26,124 bases of DNA from Lama guanicoe (Eukaryota), in NCBI GenBank assembly GCA_013239625.1, contig MU053184.1, forward strand, positions 264,220 through 290,343, given 5' to 3'. Each line of letters begins with the position of its first letter. Position 1 is the first letter of the stretch. The translations under genes and the position numbers were made by a program. Below, piece after piece: positions 1-10,821 of the stretch. The notes under the pieces were generated by a model. That model saw only the letters and a program-made list of their open reading frames with translations, had not been told where the DNA came from and made no database searches.

Positions 1-418
1 ATACCTGGAAATAAAAATGAATCTCTTTTTCACATTATCTTTTCACTGTTGATGCCTAGTGTTAGTGTTATGTGTAACATCTGCAGTGTTTCGTATCATA
101 ATATGATAATACTGATGTAGGTACTGATTCATCTTATAAATAGACAATGTAAACTTACAGTACTGAGAAATATGGTGCAGTACTGTAAATGTATTCTGTC
201 TTCCTTATGGTTTTCTTGCTTACTTTATTGTAAGAATACAGTTATAATACATGTAGCATATACAATATGTGTTCATTGATCGTTTGTTATTGGTAAAGCT
301 TCCAGTCAACAGCAGGCTGTCAGTAGTTAAGTTTTGAGGAATTCAAAAGTTATACACGGATTTTTGGCTGTGCAGGGGGTTGGCATCCCTTGCCCCTGCA
401 TTTTTCAAGGGTCACCTG
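1..418 (+). mobile_element. Tigger2-family (TcMar-Tigger) DNA transposon, 3' portion running off the window start
   Basis: Ends GTAGTTAAGTTTTGAGGAATTCAAAAGTTATACACGGATTTTT...TTCAAGGGTCACCTG, matching the Tigger2/MER28 right end and terminal inverted repeat (TTCAAGGGTCAACTG). Confidence 0.85.
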
Positions 419-908
419 TGTATTAGTTAGGGTTAGGTTTTGGTTGTGTATAATAAAAAGCCTAAGATTAGGCTGCTTAAACAAGTTTTTTTCCCCCACA
501 AAGAATGTTCAGACTGGGTGGTCCAGCAGTGGTATAGTAACTCCACAAAATGGCCACGGACTCTAAATCCTCACAGCTTTCTGCTTGACCATGTCTCAGC
601 TGTCCTTATGGTTCCAAATAGAAATGAGACCTCCAGCTTATGCATGTTGTAAGAAGCAGGATGGAGGAAGGAGTCAAAAAAGGGCATGTCCCCTCTCTTT
701 AAGAAAACTTCCTAGAAGACTTCTGTGACTACTCTGCTTATGTTTAATTGGCCAGATTTAGTTATATAACCACCCGTATGCGTAAGAGTATCTGGGAAAG
801 ATATTTAGCTGACTGGGCAAAAATATGTGCAGTTGGAACTCAAGTTTTTATTTCTAAATGGAAAAGCAGAATGGATATTGAGGTAGGCAGCTAGCATTCT
901 ATGCCTCA
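419..908 (-). mobile_element. MaLR solo LTR, MLT1K-like
   Basis: Starts TGTATTAGTTAGGG (reverse complement of the MLT 3' end CTAATACA). Contains ATTGGCCAGA, CTGGGAAA and GAATGGATATTGAGGTAGGCAGCTAGCA, typical of MLT1K/J. Confidence 0.7.
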
Positions 909-1000
909 GGGATGAGGATATCTACTTACTAGATTGTTTAAAGGTCAAATAAGGTAATGTATAAATATGATGGCCAGGAGGCGGTAGTTATTATAATTAT
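909..1000 (+). mobile_element. MIR SINE fragment
   Basis: GGGATGAGGATATCTACTTACTAGATTGTTTTAAAGGTCAAATAAGGTAATGTAT resembles the MIR 3' half. Confidence 0.5.
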
Positions 1001-1304
1001 AAGCACAGTTACTGTTATTTGCATGCCCAGGATATACTCAGTGAGTATTTGAAATAAACAGAATGTCAATAAACAAGTAAATGTTGGCCTGAATTCATTT
1101 ACTTCATTGTCCCATTATTTACTTCTAATCATTCAGTATTGATTCTTTTAGATATTGAAGATTCATATTCTTTTAGAGAGGGGCTTATTAGTTGATATTA
1201 GGTAAGCGTTTTTTTTTTTTTCTTAAAATGTAGTTGAGCCCCTGGTCACTTGTATTTATGGCTGTAGGCAAGAGGGTTGATGAAAAAGAATGAGAGAAGA
1301 AAGT

Positions 1305-1430
1305 ATGGGGCTAAGATTCAGGAAATTTTAGTCCTGGCTCTGCCACTAATGAAAAATAAGGCCTGTAGAAATTCCTTTACTATATCTGGAATTTTGTCCT
1401 CCTCAAGTTTAAAGTAGGATGCCTTCCATC
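1305..1430 (+). mobile_element. MIR SINE fragment
   Basis: TTTTAGTCCTGGCTCTGCCACTAA matches the MIR core. Confidence 0.55.
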
Positions 1431-1561
1431 ACCCTCATGAAATTATGTATTATATGTGTTCCTGATTTTGTCTTCATGTTATAATATTTTATAAAATAAT
1501 AAAGGCTGTGTGTGACTTGCTTCATGAGTGTCCAACACTACAACAAATATGTGTGAGCTCA

Positions 1562-1715
1562 CATTAGCTGTGTGAACTTCCTTACTCCATCTCCCATTAG
1601 CTGTGTGAACTTCAATAGGTCACCTGCCCTTTCTGGTCTTGTACTTTCTCAGCTCCAAAATGAGGGGTTGGCTTAAATGGTCTTTCCAAGCACCTACTGC
1701 TCTAAATTTCTGGCA
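1562..1715 (+). mobile_element. MIR3 SINE fragment with a 19-bp local duplication
   Basis: TAGCTGTGTGAAC...GGTCAC...AAAATGAGGGGTTGG...TCTAAATTTCT. CATTAGCTGTGTGAACTTC occurs at 1562-1580 and 1595-1613. Confidence 0.65.
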
Positions 1716-1836
1716 TTGTAGGCTAGCAGCCCACTGCCTTCACCACACACACATCTGCCCCATCACACTGATGCTGCAATGTCATTGCTGTGATTTCCTA
1801 CCAGCGGAAGCGACTGTCACTAGTTCTACATGCCTC

Positions 1837-2943
1837 TTTTTTTTTAATTGAAGTATAGTCAGTTTACAATGTTGTGTCAATTTCTGGTGTACAGCACTAT
1901 ACTTCAGTCATATAGGAACATATGTCTATTAATTTTCATATTCTTTTTCACCATAAGTTACTAAAAGAATATATATATATTTTTCCCCTGTGCTATACAG
2001 TATAAACTTGTTGTTTATCTGTTTTATATATAGTAGTTAGTATCTGCAAATCTTAAATTCCCAATTTATCCCTTCCCACCCCTTTCCCCCCTGGTAACCA
2101 TAAGTTTGTTTTCTATGTCTGTTCCATTTGTCTCTCTCTTTTTCTATATTCCACATATAAGTGATATCATATGGTACTTTTCTTTCTCTTTCTGGCTTAC
2201 TTCACTTAGAATGACATTCTCCAGAAACATCCATGTTGCTGCAAGTGGCATTATTTTATTATTTTTTATGGCTGAATAGTATTCCATTGTGTAAATATAA
2301 CACAACTTCTTTATCCAGTCATCTGTTGGTGAACATTAGGTTGTTTCTATGTGTTGGCTATTGTAAATAGTGCTGCTTACAAACGTTGGGGTGCATGTGT
2401 CTTTTTGAATTAAAGTTCCCTCTGCCCAGGAGTGGGATTGTTGGATCATATGGTAAGTCTACTTTTAGTCTTTTGAGGAATCTCCATACTGCTTTCCGTA
2501 ATGGCTGCACCAAACTACATTCCCACCAACAGTGTAGGAGGGTTCCCTTTTCTCCACACCTTCTCCAGCATTTATCATTTGTGAACCTTTGAATGATGGC
2601 CATTCTGACTAGTGTGAAGTGATACCTCATTGTAGTTTTGATTTGCATTTCTCTGATAATTAGTGATATTGAGCATTTTTTCATGTGCCTGTTGGCCATT
2701 CGTATGTCTTCCTTGGAGAACTGCTTGTATAGGTCTTCTGCCCATTTTTGGATTGGGTTGTTTAAAAGGAAGAATAAACAAATGGGACCTAATTAAACTT
2801 ACAAGCTTTCACACAGCAAAGGAAACCATAAGCAAAACAAAAAGACAACCTGCAGAATGGGAGAAAAAATTTACAAAAGATGAGACTGACAAGGGCTTAA
2901 TCTCCAGAATATATAAACAGCTCATACAACTTAATAAGAAAAA
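1837..2943 (-). mobile_element. 5'-truncated, 5'-inverted LINE-1 (cetartiodactyl/camelid-like subfamily)
   Basis: Poly-T at 1837, then 3' UTR and the ORF2 C-terminus on the minus strand ([10 protein letters not shown]...[18 protein letters not shown]...; ...KYHMISLICGI* with stop near 2144-2146). The upstream ORF2 segment INKWDLIKL...[10 protein letters not shown] lies on the plus strand at 2764-2943. Degenerate TSD TACATGCCTCTT (1827-1838) / TACATGTGTCCT (2944-2955). Confidence 0.93.
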
Positions 2944-3109
2944 TACATGTGTCCTAAAAGGCCACAAACTGGTCCGTGACCTTGACACACGTGGCCAATG
3001 TCTGATGTCTGGTTGCTCTCATCAGCAACAGCCCGAGCCCTGAACCACGTACTCTGGCCCGTTTCACATTGTATGTCTTCCCCAATGTCAAATCCTCCAT
3101 TGCCTGCCT

Positions 3110-3280
3110 AGGTTCACTCTGCAACCCTGAGCAAGTTAAATAATCTTTTTTGAACCTTTAGCTTTGCAATTATGGGAGAAGTATTAATGATTTACACCAT
3201 AGAGGACTTGTGGTATTTACTAAAAATAAGCGTATAAACTCCTGGCACTTAAAAGGCCTGGAGAAAGGTAACTATTACTG
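3110..3280 (+). mobile_element. MIR SINE
   Basis: CCCTGAGCAAGTTA...AACCTTTAG...CCTGGCACTTA...AGGTAACTATTACT follows the MIR core and tail layout. Confidence 0.6.
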
Positions 3281-3629
3281 TTTCTGTCATCACTGTTCAC
3301 GGCCTCAGTGGATCCTCCAAAGCAGCGAAGAGGAACCTAGGATGGATGGATGGAGGTTTGAACATCAGATAAACGTGAGCAGGTGTCCAGATTCCAGTTC
3401 TTAAAGCAAAACTGAAGCAGAGGGCGAGGGTGGGCTCGATCCCGTGGGAGGAGGACGGGCTGGTCTTAGATGCTCTGAGTCCCACGGTTTGATGGGCTAT
3501 GAAACCAGGGGTGGTAACGCCTATGAGTTGCCTGACTCTTTGCCTATAGGTGGGCTCTGTGAGTAATAGGTGCTTGTAATTGTGCCCCAGGAGTATTTGG
3601 TGTCATCTCCCTCATTCAGAGAACCATGT

Positions 3630-3970
3630 CACGAGCTGAATAAAAGAAACCTGATTAATTTTACTAGGTTAGACTTTTCAGGGAGCTGTATTTCAAATCA
3701 GCTTTATTTTGCTGTGAATTAGCCCAGTTAATGCCGATCTCTAGGGGCTGATAAGAAGTTTAAGCAACGTCAACAGCAGCATCAATAATAAAATTAACAA
3801 CGGCATTATGTCTGTCTTAAACATCCTCCCCAAGCAGGTAGAATGCCGCCTGTCCCCACCAGCTTAATTGTTTGCTGTTGCGATTAACTGGGTAATTTAT
3901 AAAATTTATTATTCCCTTCTGGCCAGCAGAGCTCTTCTATTGAGGAATGTAATAGATGTAATTTGGGTTT
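3630..3970. other. Ancient conserved palindromic element, MER121-like; candidate developmental enhancer
   Basis: Imperfect inverted arms AATTAGCCCAGTTAAT (3717-3732) / ATTAACTGGGTAATT (3883-3897). Inner inverted pairs TAATGCCG (3729-3736) / CGGCATTA (3800-3807) and CAACAGCA (3771-3778) / TGCTGTTG (3873-3880). Dense TAAT/ATTA motifs and retained CpGs. The family name is from recalled resemblance only. Confidence 0.5.
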
Positions 3971-4832
3971 TAAAACCAAAAGGGGAGATCAAGTCACAAG
4001 CTCATGAAAGACTCTATATCTTAGAAGGATCCCTGCTCAGCCCTGAGGTGGGTTAGGTCATCCTGGGGGTAAGCGTCCCTGTGTGAGCAAGAGGTCAGGG
4101 ATGAGAATAACTGGAAGCAGACGCTGACCTTCCTAAAGGCCGCCCTGTGTAAGGAGCACGACTACTGCTTTTCAGACTCAGGAAGTTCTCTATGAGCAGC
4201 TTATCTCTCTTCCGACTGACAGCCGAAATGGTAGCATGCTGGAAGGGCAGTCCATCTGTCCCCTGTGCTCTGCACACTCGGAGGCATTTTTTCCCCAAAG
4301 TAGAAAAACCCTAAGCCCATAAACAATCGGGCCATCTGCCAGTGTTCTGGGGCCATGGGATGAGACATCCAGGAAATCCAAGTGACCTTTTTTAAAGGCA
4401 TGTTTCTGATGATTTGGGGGCAACCTGGGCAGGGCTCTGAAATCAGCGCACGCTTGTGCTGCCCCAGAACTCATGAATGTGCCCTAGGCTGCCTGCTGCC
4501 GTGAGCTCTGGGAGCTCCCCCGCAGTGGGGACCTTCCCTCGTGCCTCTTTGTCAGTAGGTCAGGTGCCCCCGATCGCCGTGCTGCCTGCTGTTCTGTTAC
4601 TGAACAGGATGCTTGGGAACTGCACAGACGAAGGCCCCTTGTCTCCTGGAGAGCTACTTGAGTTGCCCTCCAGGCACGCCAACTTGGATGAGATTTCATT
4701 TATCAACAACAGTCAGGTTTAAAGTTAAGCTAGGCAGAGGAACAAGAAAGGACGTCTTCTCCCTGACGCCTGTGAGACCATGAGCTCCTTCAGGTCGTGG
4801 CCACGTCTTATTTGACTTTGGGTAGTTCTGGT

Positions 4833-4880
4833 GCTGAGCACAGTGCCTGGTACTTAGTAGGCACTGAGTAATGATTGCTG
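4833..4880 (+). mobile_element. L2/MIR 3'-tail fragment
   Basis: AGCACAGTGCCTGGTACTTAGTAGGCACTGAGTAA is the shared L2/MIR 3' terminus. Confidence 0.7.
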
Positions 4881-5134
4881 ACAGAAGGTCATTTCTAGCA
4901 GAAGGATACAATGGGAGACCAACTTCTTGTTTGAAATCCATCTGACTTTCTTGCCAAGAAGGCACTTGGTTTCCTACTTCCTCTTGTCACAGCACCTGGA
5001 TGTGCCCTCCCAGGTTGGCTAGTTAGGAGGTCCAGGACCACTGGCTCTTCAGTTCTTAGAGTTACGAGTTTATGCAACTTCCAGTTTGGCCAATGTTCAT
5101 GTGGGGCAGATTCAAGAATCACAGACAGAATTCG

Positions 5135-5440
5135 CAGACATTGATTAACTATTGATTGGATACCACAGCAGGTGGTGATTGAAAACGAAGATGAGCAAAG
5201 AGAATCTTTGTTCCTAAGTTGCTCTCAGTCCAGAGTGGGAGGCAGTCGCTTAACAAGTGAGTGCAATGAGGTGCAATAAAAGATCCAGTAAAGGGATTTC
5301 AGAGCATCCTGGGAGTGCAGGAGAGAGATTGGCGGCTGGTGGAGGGGAGGTGGTGGCTTTTAAAAGGTGTGAAATGAGACCTCACTCCTCAGAGATGATT
5401 AGCAGTTTGCTAGAAGAGAGGGGATGTCATTTCAAGCACT
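5135..5440 (-). mobile_element. L2 LINE fragment, highly diverged
   Basis: Purine-rich, with GCTCTCAGTCCAGAGTGGGAGGCAG and TGGGAGTGCAGGAGAG as seen in antisense L2 3' regions. Confidence 0.5.
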
Positions 5441-5620
5441 GGGACAGCACGTTCCAGTTCTTTTCCCAGGAACATCAAAGGCCATGGGGGTTTGGAGAAC
5501 AGTGAAACGTACTTATTATAGGGCATGGGGGACCGCGGCCATGGAGGTGGGCTCAGGACACACAGTGGGGGGTGGGGATAGCATGCAAGGTTAAAACATT
5601 TGGATTTTACCCAGTGAGCT

Positions 5621-5930
5621 TTCATTTATTCATTTACTCAACAAATACTTGTTGGGGGACTACCACGTGCCAAATACTGTGCTAAATGTTGAGACTTCAC
5701 ATGAGTACAAGAGACCAGGACCTTGTCCTCATGGAGCTGAGTCTAGTGGAGGGACAGACAGCAGGGAAGTGAGCAGACGAGTGAAGAGGCTAATAGCAGA
5801 CTGTGCTAAATGTTGTGAAGGAACTAAAGAGGGTGATGAAAAAGAGATGAGGGGTGATTTCTTTAGATATAAGGACCTTTTAGGGGGCTGAGCGATGAAA
5901 CTGTGTCCTAAGGAAGTCATTCAGCCAGGA
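5621..5930 (-). mobile_element. L2 LINE 3' end (L2a/b-like)
   Basis: TTCATTTATTCATTTACTCAACAAATACTTGTTG...TACCACGTGCCAAATACTGTGCTA...CCTCATGGAGCTGAGTCTAGTGG. Confidence 0.85.
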
Positions 5931-6584
5931 TAGATTGAGGGGAAGTGATTAGCAAGAAGAGCTGATAGGAGGCTGGCACAGTTGATTGGGAAGGACTTAG
6001 AGATGGAGGAGGGGTGGACAGGTGAGATATTTCAGCAAGAGATTTTATAGACCTCGATGACAAGGTAATGGAGAGGGGTGCTTCTTGGCCAACTCCTAAT
6101 GCGATGAGATGGTAATAATGCCCTTTTAGTAAAACAGATATGGGGTAGTTAAATATGGAGCTCAGGTGAGGGAGGGAGTTCAGGAGTCCGCAGCATAACA
6201 GAGGCCTATCAGGTGGGACCATTCCTTGCATCCTGCTGATGTGGGGCTTTCCTCTTGTCCCCTCCTTGCTGATGGTGACCTTGCCCTACCAACAGCCATA
6301 GTGATGCTTTTACTTCCATGCGGCTACGGTTACCAGCCCCTTGGAGACTTGTAGGCAGATCAAAATGGATTCTAAAGTCCCAGTTGCTCTCAGTTTCCTT
6401 CAGAGCTGCTGGCAGGTTTTGGGATTGTCACAGGTCAGAAGAGCATAATGCTGGTAAGAACAGTTGTATTATGAGAGGACCGTAAAGCATCGAAGCCCAT
6501 AGAATATTCATCCCAGGGAACCCTGGTTTGCCTGTTTTTATTTGTTTTTCTTTAAATGTTATTCAGTTGTCCAATCTGGGATTC

Positions 6585-6812
6585 TCAGAGACTCTTTGAG
6601 CTGGAAGGTCCTGCAGGGACTATCTGGTCCATCTTGCTGTGTTCAGTACTGAGAAAGGTCAACGTGAACACCATCTAACAGATGTGGCAAACTGAGGTCT
6701 AAAGAGTTCAAGTCATGTTTTCTGGGTTGGTCAGCTAACACCTTGTGTGTGTGGAATGGAAAACTGGTCTCCTGACTCCAGGCTCAGTGCTCTTCCCATG
6801 ATGCCATGCCTC
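6585..6812 (-). mobile_element. MIR/MIR3 SINE
   Basis: GAGCTGGAAGG...ACAGATGTGGCAAACTGAGGTCTAAAGAG...GTCTCCTGACTCCAGGCTCAGTGCTCTTCCCA. Confidence 0.75.
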
Positions 6813-6909
6813 GAGTTGGGGGAGGCACCTGGGGGAGGGACCGATAGGACCCAGGCAGGAATGGGACTCATGGTGAGTACAGCCATGCTTCCCAAAGTGG
6901 AGCTGGAGT

Positions 6910-7056
6910 CCCAGACTGTGACAGCTGGTAGAGGCCTTTGAGATCACCAGGAACGGCTCCTCACGTGTACAGATAGGAATACTGAGGTCCAGAGACAGGG
7001 GTGACTTTCTCAGGTTCACATAATCAACAATCCAGGACTTGGACGCAGAACCATGT
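6910..7056 (-). mobile_element. MIR3 SINE fragment
   Basis: GGCCTTTGAGATCA...TACAGATAGGAATACTGAGGTCCAGAGACAGGGGTGACTT. Confidence 0.7.
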
Positions 7057-7214
7057 CAGTGGTTCTCCACTGTGGCGGACCTGGGAGCGCTAAGCAAGCA
7101 CCAGTGCTTGGTCCTCACTCCGGAAGCTCTGATGTGATGGGAGCCCAATCATAGTTTTCTTTTTTTAATTGTCACCAGCTGATTCTAATGGGTAACCAGG
7201 CTTGAGGACCACTG
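7057..7214. mobile_element. MER5A-like hAT-Charlie MITE
   Basis: Terminal inverted repeats CAGTGGTTCTC (7057-7067) and GAGGACCACTG (7204-7214), internal CTGATTCTAATG, length 158 bp. Confidence 0.8.
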
Positions 7215-7939
7215 TCTTTTCCAATGATTATCTCAAGACTCACAGCCCGCTCTCCCTGATAGAATGTTGACAGGGATTTCAGCAGTCTTGAATTTGTGGA
7301 GTACCCCCAGGTCAAGATGCTCCCCACAACTGCAGATCAACTTAGTTTACTGTCTGACTTCTAGGGGGCTGGGACAATTTCCAAAGGCTGTCAACAGTAA
7401 TGTCTGTGGGTGTCTGTGGGTTAGGAGAAAGAACTGAGAAGAGACATCAGTATCAAGGAAAGTACTGAAGCCATGAATTTCTCATTAAAGAAAAGCTACC
7501 AAGTCACCGTCTTCCCCCAAACATTGCATAGCTTCCTCCGCTCTACCTTGGAAATAAGGCTCATGAACCTTGCCCTTCCTTTCCTCCTCGCTCCTCCCTC
7601 CCCTGTAGAGCTTTTTGGAGACATACACAGGACAGTGACTTCCTCAGGCTTTTTGAATTCCACTCAGGAAGCACAGATGATTTAACCCATGTCTTCTGGT
7701 CCTACTTCTCCTCCACCTGCCTCCTGCCAGCATGTTCTCTCCTGTACCTTGTCAGCTCAGCACTCTGCATTCAGCCCGTAGCAAATATTTGTTGTCTATA
7801 GTTCCTAAGGACATCCACCCTTGGCACTGCCAAGCCTATCCCACCCCACCCCAGCTCTCCAGGGTCTCCTGGCCGCCACCTCAGGATCTGCGTGTGCCAT
7901 TTTGGAATCTTTCTGTCTTCTCACCGTATGACCCCTTCC

Positions 7940-8171
7940 CTTTCTGCCACAGGGTGTTTGCACACACTGTCCTGTCAGCCTGGAAAGCACTTGGATCTAA
8001 TTTATCATTTATTTGGGCAATTATTTGATTAGTGTATGTCTCCCCCAGTTAAATGGTAGGATTTCTGAGGGTAGGTAATATAGCTCTTTTATCTATCAGT
8101 ACACTTCTGGCACATGGTAGACAGTCAGTAAAAATGTATTGAATAGATGATTGTATAAATGGGTGAATGAG
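7940..8171 (+). mobile_element. L2 LINE 3' end
   Basis: TTTGCACACACTGTCC...GCCTGGAAAGC...TGTCTCCCCCAG...TGAGGGTAGG...CTGGCACATGGTAG...TTGAATAGATGA...TGAATGA tail. Confidence 0.75.
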
Positions 8172-8599
8172 TCACTATTTGGGGGGTTTAATGGAACAGG
8201 ATGTGTAAAGACATTTTATAAACTCTAAAATTGTTATTCTTGTGATAGAGTTGCTTTGTTAAGATGTTGGTTGCTGGTGGAGATAACTCTGTGGAGGAAT
8301 ACTGGCTAGAATCAGGCACTCCATGTGTTCCAGATTAAAGATTCTGATCACCAGAAGGCCGCTGCTTCTGTCTGGGCCTGTTCCGTCCTTGTTTATGTCA
8401 ACATAGACTCACTTAAAGGAAAGCATTAGATGCCAGAAATGGGTAGTTTTTGTCCTCAGCCATGGGATCTTTTCAGTTGGTTTGTTGAGATGGTTTCAGA
8501 AGGGAATTTAAAATCTGTGAGGGCCGCCAGTCCCAGGAGTTCTCTATATTGGCATTTCGTTCCTCTTCCCAGCAATTCTGAAGGCAGCCATTACCGAAG

Positions 8600-8722
8600 C
8601 TTATTGAAAATGAAGAGAGATTAAGTAATTTGCTTGAGGTCTCACAGTTAATAAGTGGGTGGTGTAGAATGCAAACCAGAGTCCTGTTCCCAAGGCCCTT
8701 GATCTTTCCACTGCATGTGCTG
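8600..8722 (-). mobile_element. MIR SINE fragment
   Basis: AGAGAGATTAAGTAATTTGCTTGAGGTCTCACAGTTAATAAGTGG...TCTTTCCACTGCA. Confidence 0.75.
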
Positions 8723-8789
8723 GCTCTTCAATAAAACTCAAGTGGCCGGTGCACCAGCGGACCTCGGGACAGGAAACCCAAATCTTGGG

Positions 8790-8910
8790 CTATTAACAGA
8801 TAGGAAACCAGAACCACAGAGCAGTGCAAGCGACTTCCTCCCAAAGTAATAGCAAAAGATGGCAGTACATTGTGGGGGCTTGAACCCAGATCCTGACTCT
8901 CCCAGCCTAA
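8790..8910 (-). mobile_element. MIR SINE fragment
   Basis: ACAGATAGGAAAC...GGGGCTTGAACCCAGATCCTGACTC. Confidence 0.6.
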
Positions 8911-9119
8911 TGATATTTAAATTATGCTTGTCTGACATAAAAATACATTGCAACTTGCTAAAAAATGTACTGCCTGCTGGTAAGTGCCGTCAGTTGCTTC
9001 CATTTTAGTCTTTTTCCTCATCTTGTTCTACTTCATGTTACTCTAAAAGATACTGCAGAGTCCCATTAAGCATTTTTTGACATCTGTTACTTTTTAAAAT
9101 CTTACTTTTATTGTTTTAT

Positions 9120-9300
9120 TAACTATTTTTATTGAAAAAGTAATACACACATGGTAGAAAAATCCAAATGATATAGCAGAGCATATGGGAAAATGAATCT
9201 CTCCCCTGATTGCAAGTTCCCTCCTACCATGGCCAAGTTCTTAGGCCTCATTCTGGAAATATTATATATAGATGAAAATATATGTTAAAAACTATACACA
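9120..9300 (-). mobile_element. Ancient L1ME-type 3' end fragment
   Basis: TTTTTATTGAAAAAGTAATACACACATGGTAGAAAAATCCAAA resembles antisense L1ME 3' UTR ends. Confidence 0.5.
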
Positions 9301-9326
9301 TGTATATAGGTAGGCATACCTCTTCT

Positions 9327-9845
9327 TTTTTTAATTGAACTGTAGTTGATTTACAATGCTGTGTTAGTTTCTAGTGTACAGAAAAGTGATTTATAAAATC
9401 TATAATATATAAATATATATTTTAGTATATATATTCTTTTCCATATTCTTTTCCATTGCAGTTTATTAGAGGATACTGAATATAGTTCCCTGTGCTGTAC
9501 AGTAGAAACTTGTTATTTATTTTACATATAGTGGTTTGTATCTGCTAATCCCTAACTCCTAATTTATCCCTCCCCCTCCTTTCCCCTTTAGTAACCATAA
9601 GTTTGTTTTCTATGTTTGTGAGTCTGTTTCTGTTTTGTAAAAAAGTTCATTTGTGTCATATTTTAGGTTCCACATATAAGTGATATCATATGGTATTTGT
9701 CTTTCTTTCTGGCTTACTTCACTTAGAATGATGACCTCTAGGTCCATCCATGTTGCTGCAAATGGCATTATTTTATTCTTTCTTATGGCTGACTAATATT
9801 CATGTATATGTATATGTGTGTATATATATACACACACACACATTC

Positions 9846-9877
<32 letters not shown>

Positions 9878-10303
9878 ATACATACACACACACCACAACT
9901 TCTTTATCCAGTCTTCTGTTGATGGACATTTAGGCTATTTCCATGTCTTGGCTATTGCAAATAGTGGTGCTATGAACATTGGGGTGCAGGTGTCTTTTCG
10001 AATTAGAGTTTTCTCCAGATATATGCCCAGGAGTAGGATTTCTGGATCATATGGTAACTCTATTTTTAGCTTTTTAAGGAACCGCCATAGTTTTTTTCCA
10101 TAATGCCTGCACCAAACTGCATTCCCACCAACAGTGTAGGAAGGTTCCTTTTTCTCCACACCCTCTCCAGCATTTATTATTTGTAGGCTTTTTGATGATG
10201 GCCATTCTGACCAGTGTGTGGTGATACCTCATTGTAGTTTTGATTTACATTTGTCTGATAATTAGCAAAGCTGAGCATCTTTTCATTGCCTGTTGGCCTT
10301 CTA
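9327..10303 (-). mobile_element. 5'-truncated LINE-1 (cetartiodactyl-type), about 1 kb
   Basis: Poly-T, 3' UTR, then ORF2 remnant ([23 protein letters not shown]...TCTPMFIAPLFAIAKTWK). TSD ATAGGTAGGCATACCTCTTCT (9306-9326) / ATAGGTAGCATACCCCTTCT (10304-10323), followed by AA, giving a TTCT/AA endonuclease-like site. Confidence 0.95.
9803..9893. repeat. Compound (TA)/(CA)/(TG) microsatellite within the L1
   Basis: Directly visible alternating purine-pyrimidine tracts. Confidence 0.95.
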
Positions 10304-10639
10304 ATAGGTAGCATACCCCTTCTAATGGCCAAAAATAATCCTTTGTTTTGCAGAAATGATAATGTGTATCATCAAACATTTCTAATGCTACCCAAATTCT
10401 TTTTCACACTCTAGTTGCCTTCTATTTATTTACGTGGTTGGGATTCATTATTGAAGGTGTAAGGAACTTGGCAGCACCAAGGCACTTGGCAAGAAAACCA
10501 CTTCCTTTTCTTATAGTGGTAATTAAAAGCCTATTGCAAAATGAAGTAAATCTGGTAGTTCAAATGAGTAGATAGTTATTAGGCTAATAGAATCTGTGCC
10601 CTGTTGTGGTACAAACAGCACAGAAAGCTCGGATCCCAC

Positions 10640-10760
10640 AAGCAGGATAGTCCTTGATAAGTCACTTCATGTCTTTGAGGCTCAGGTTTCCTACCAGCAA
10701 ATTCAGAAAGCGAGCCCAGATACCTTCCTAGGTCCCTTCCTGCTCTGCCACTTCATGGCT
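10640..10760 (+). mobile_element. MIR3 SINE fragment
   Basis: CCTTGATAAGTCACTTCATGTCTTTGAGGCTCAGGTTTCCT...AGGTCCCTTCCTGCTCTG. Confidence 0.7.
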
Positions 10761-10821
10761 GCATGGATCCTGGTTAAGAAAACACGCAGCTGGAAGTAGA
10801 GAACTTGGGGCTTTACTCCAT

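Noticed and set aside
2358..3043. ORFs of 113 aa (minus) and 126 aa (plus) with real protein similarity
   Set aside because: They are frameshifted, truncated L1 ORF2 remnants. The plus-strand ORF is a chimera across the inversion junction.
5521..5577. G-rich tract as a possible G-quadruplex (also 24726-24769)
   Set aside because: The loops are too long for the canonical G3N1-7 pattern.
7401..7420. TGTCTGTGGG repeated twice
   Set aside because: An ordinary 10-bp slippage duplication.
9750..10159. ORFs of 117 aa (plus) and 74 aa (minus)
   Set aside because: They are an antisense L1 reading that crosses a microsatellite and an L1 ORF2 fragment, not host genes.
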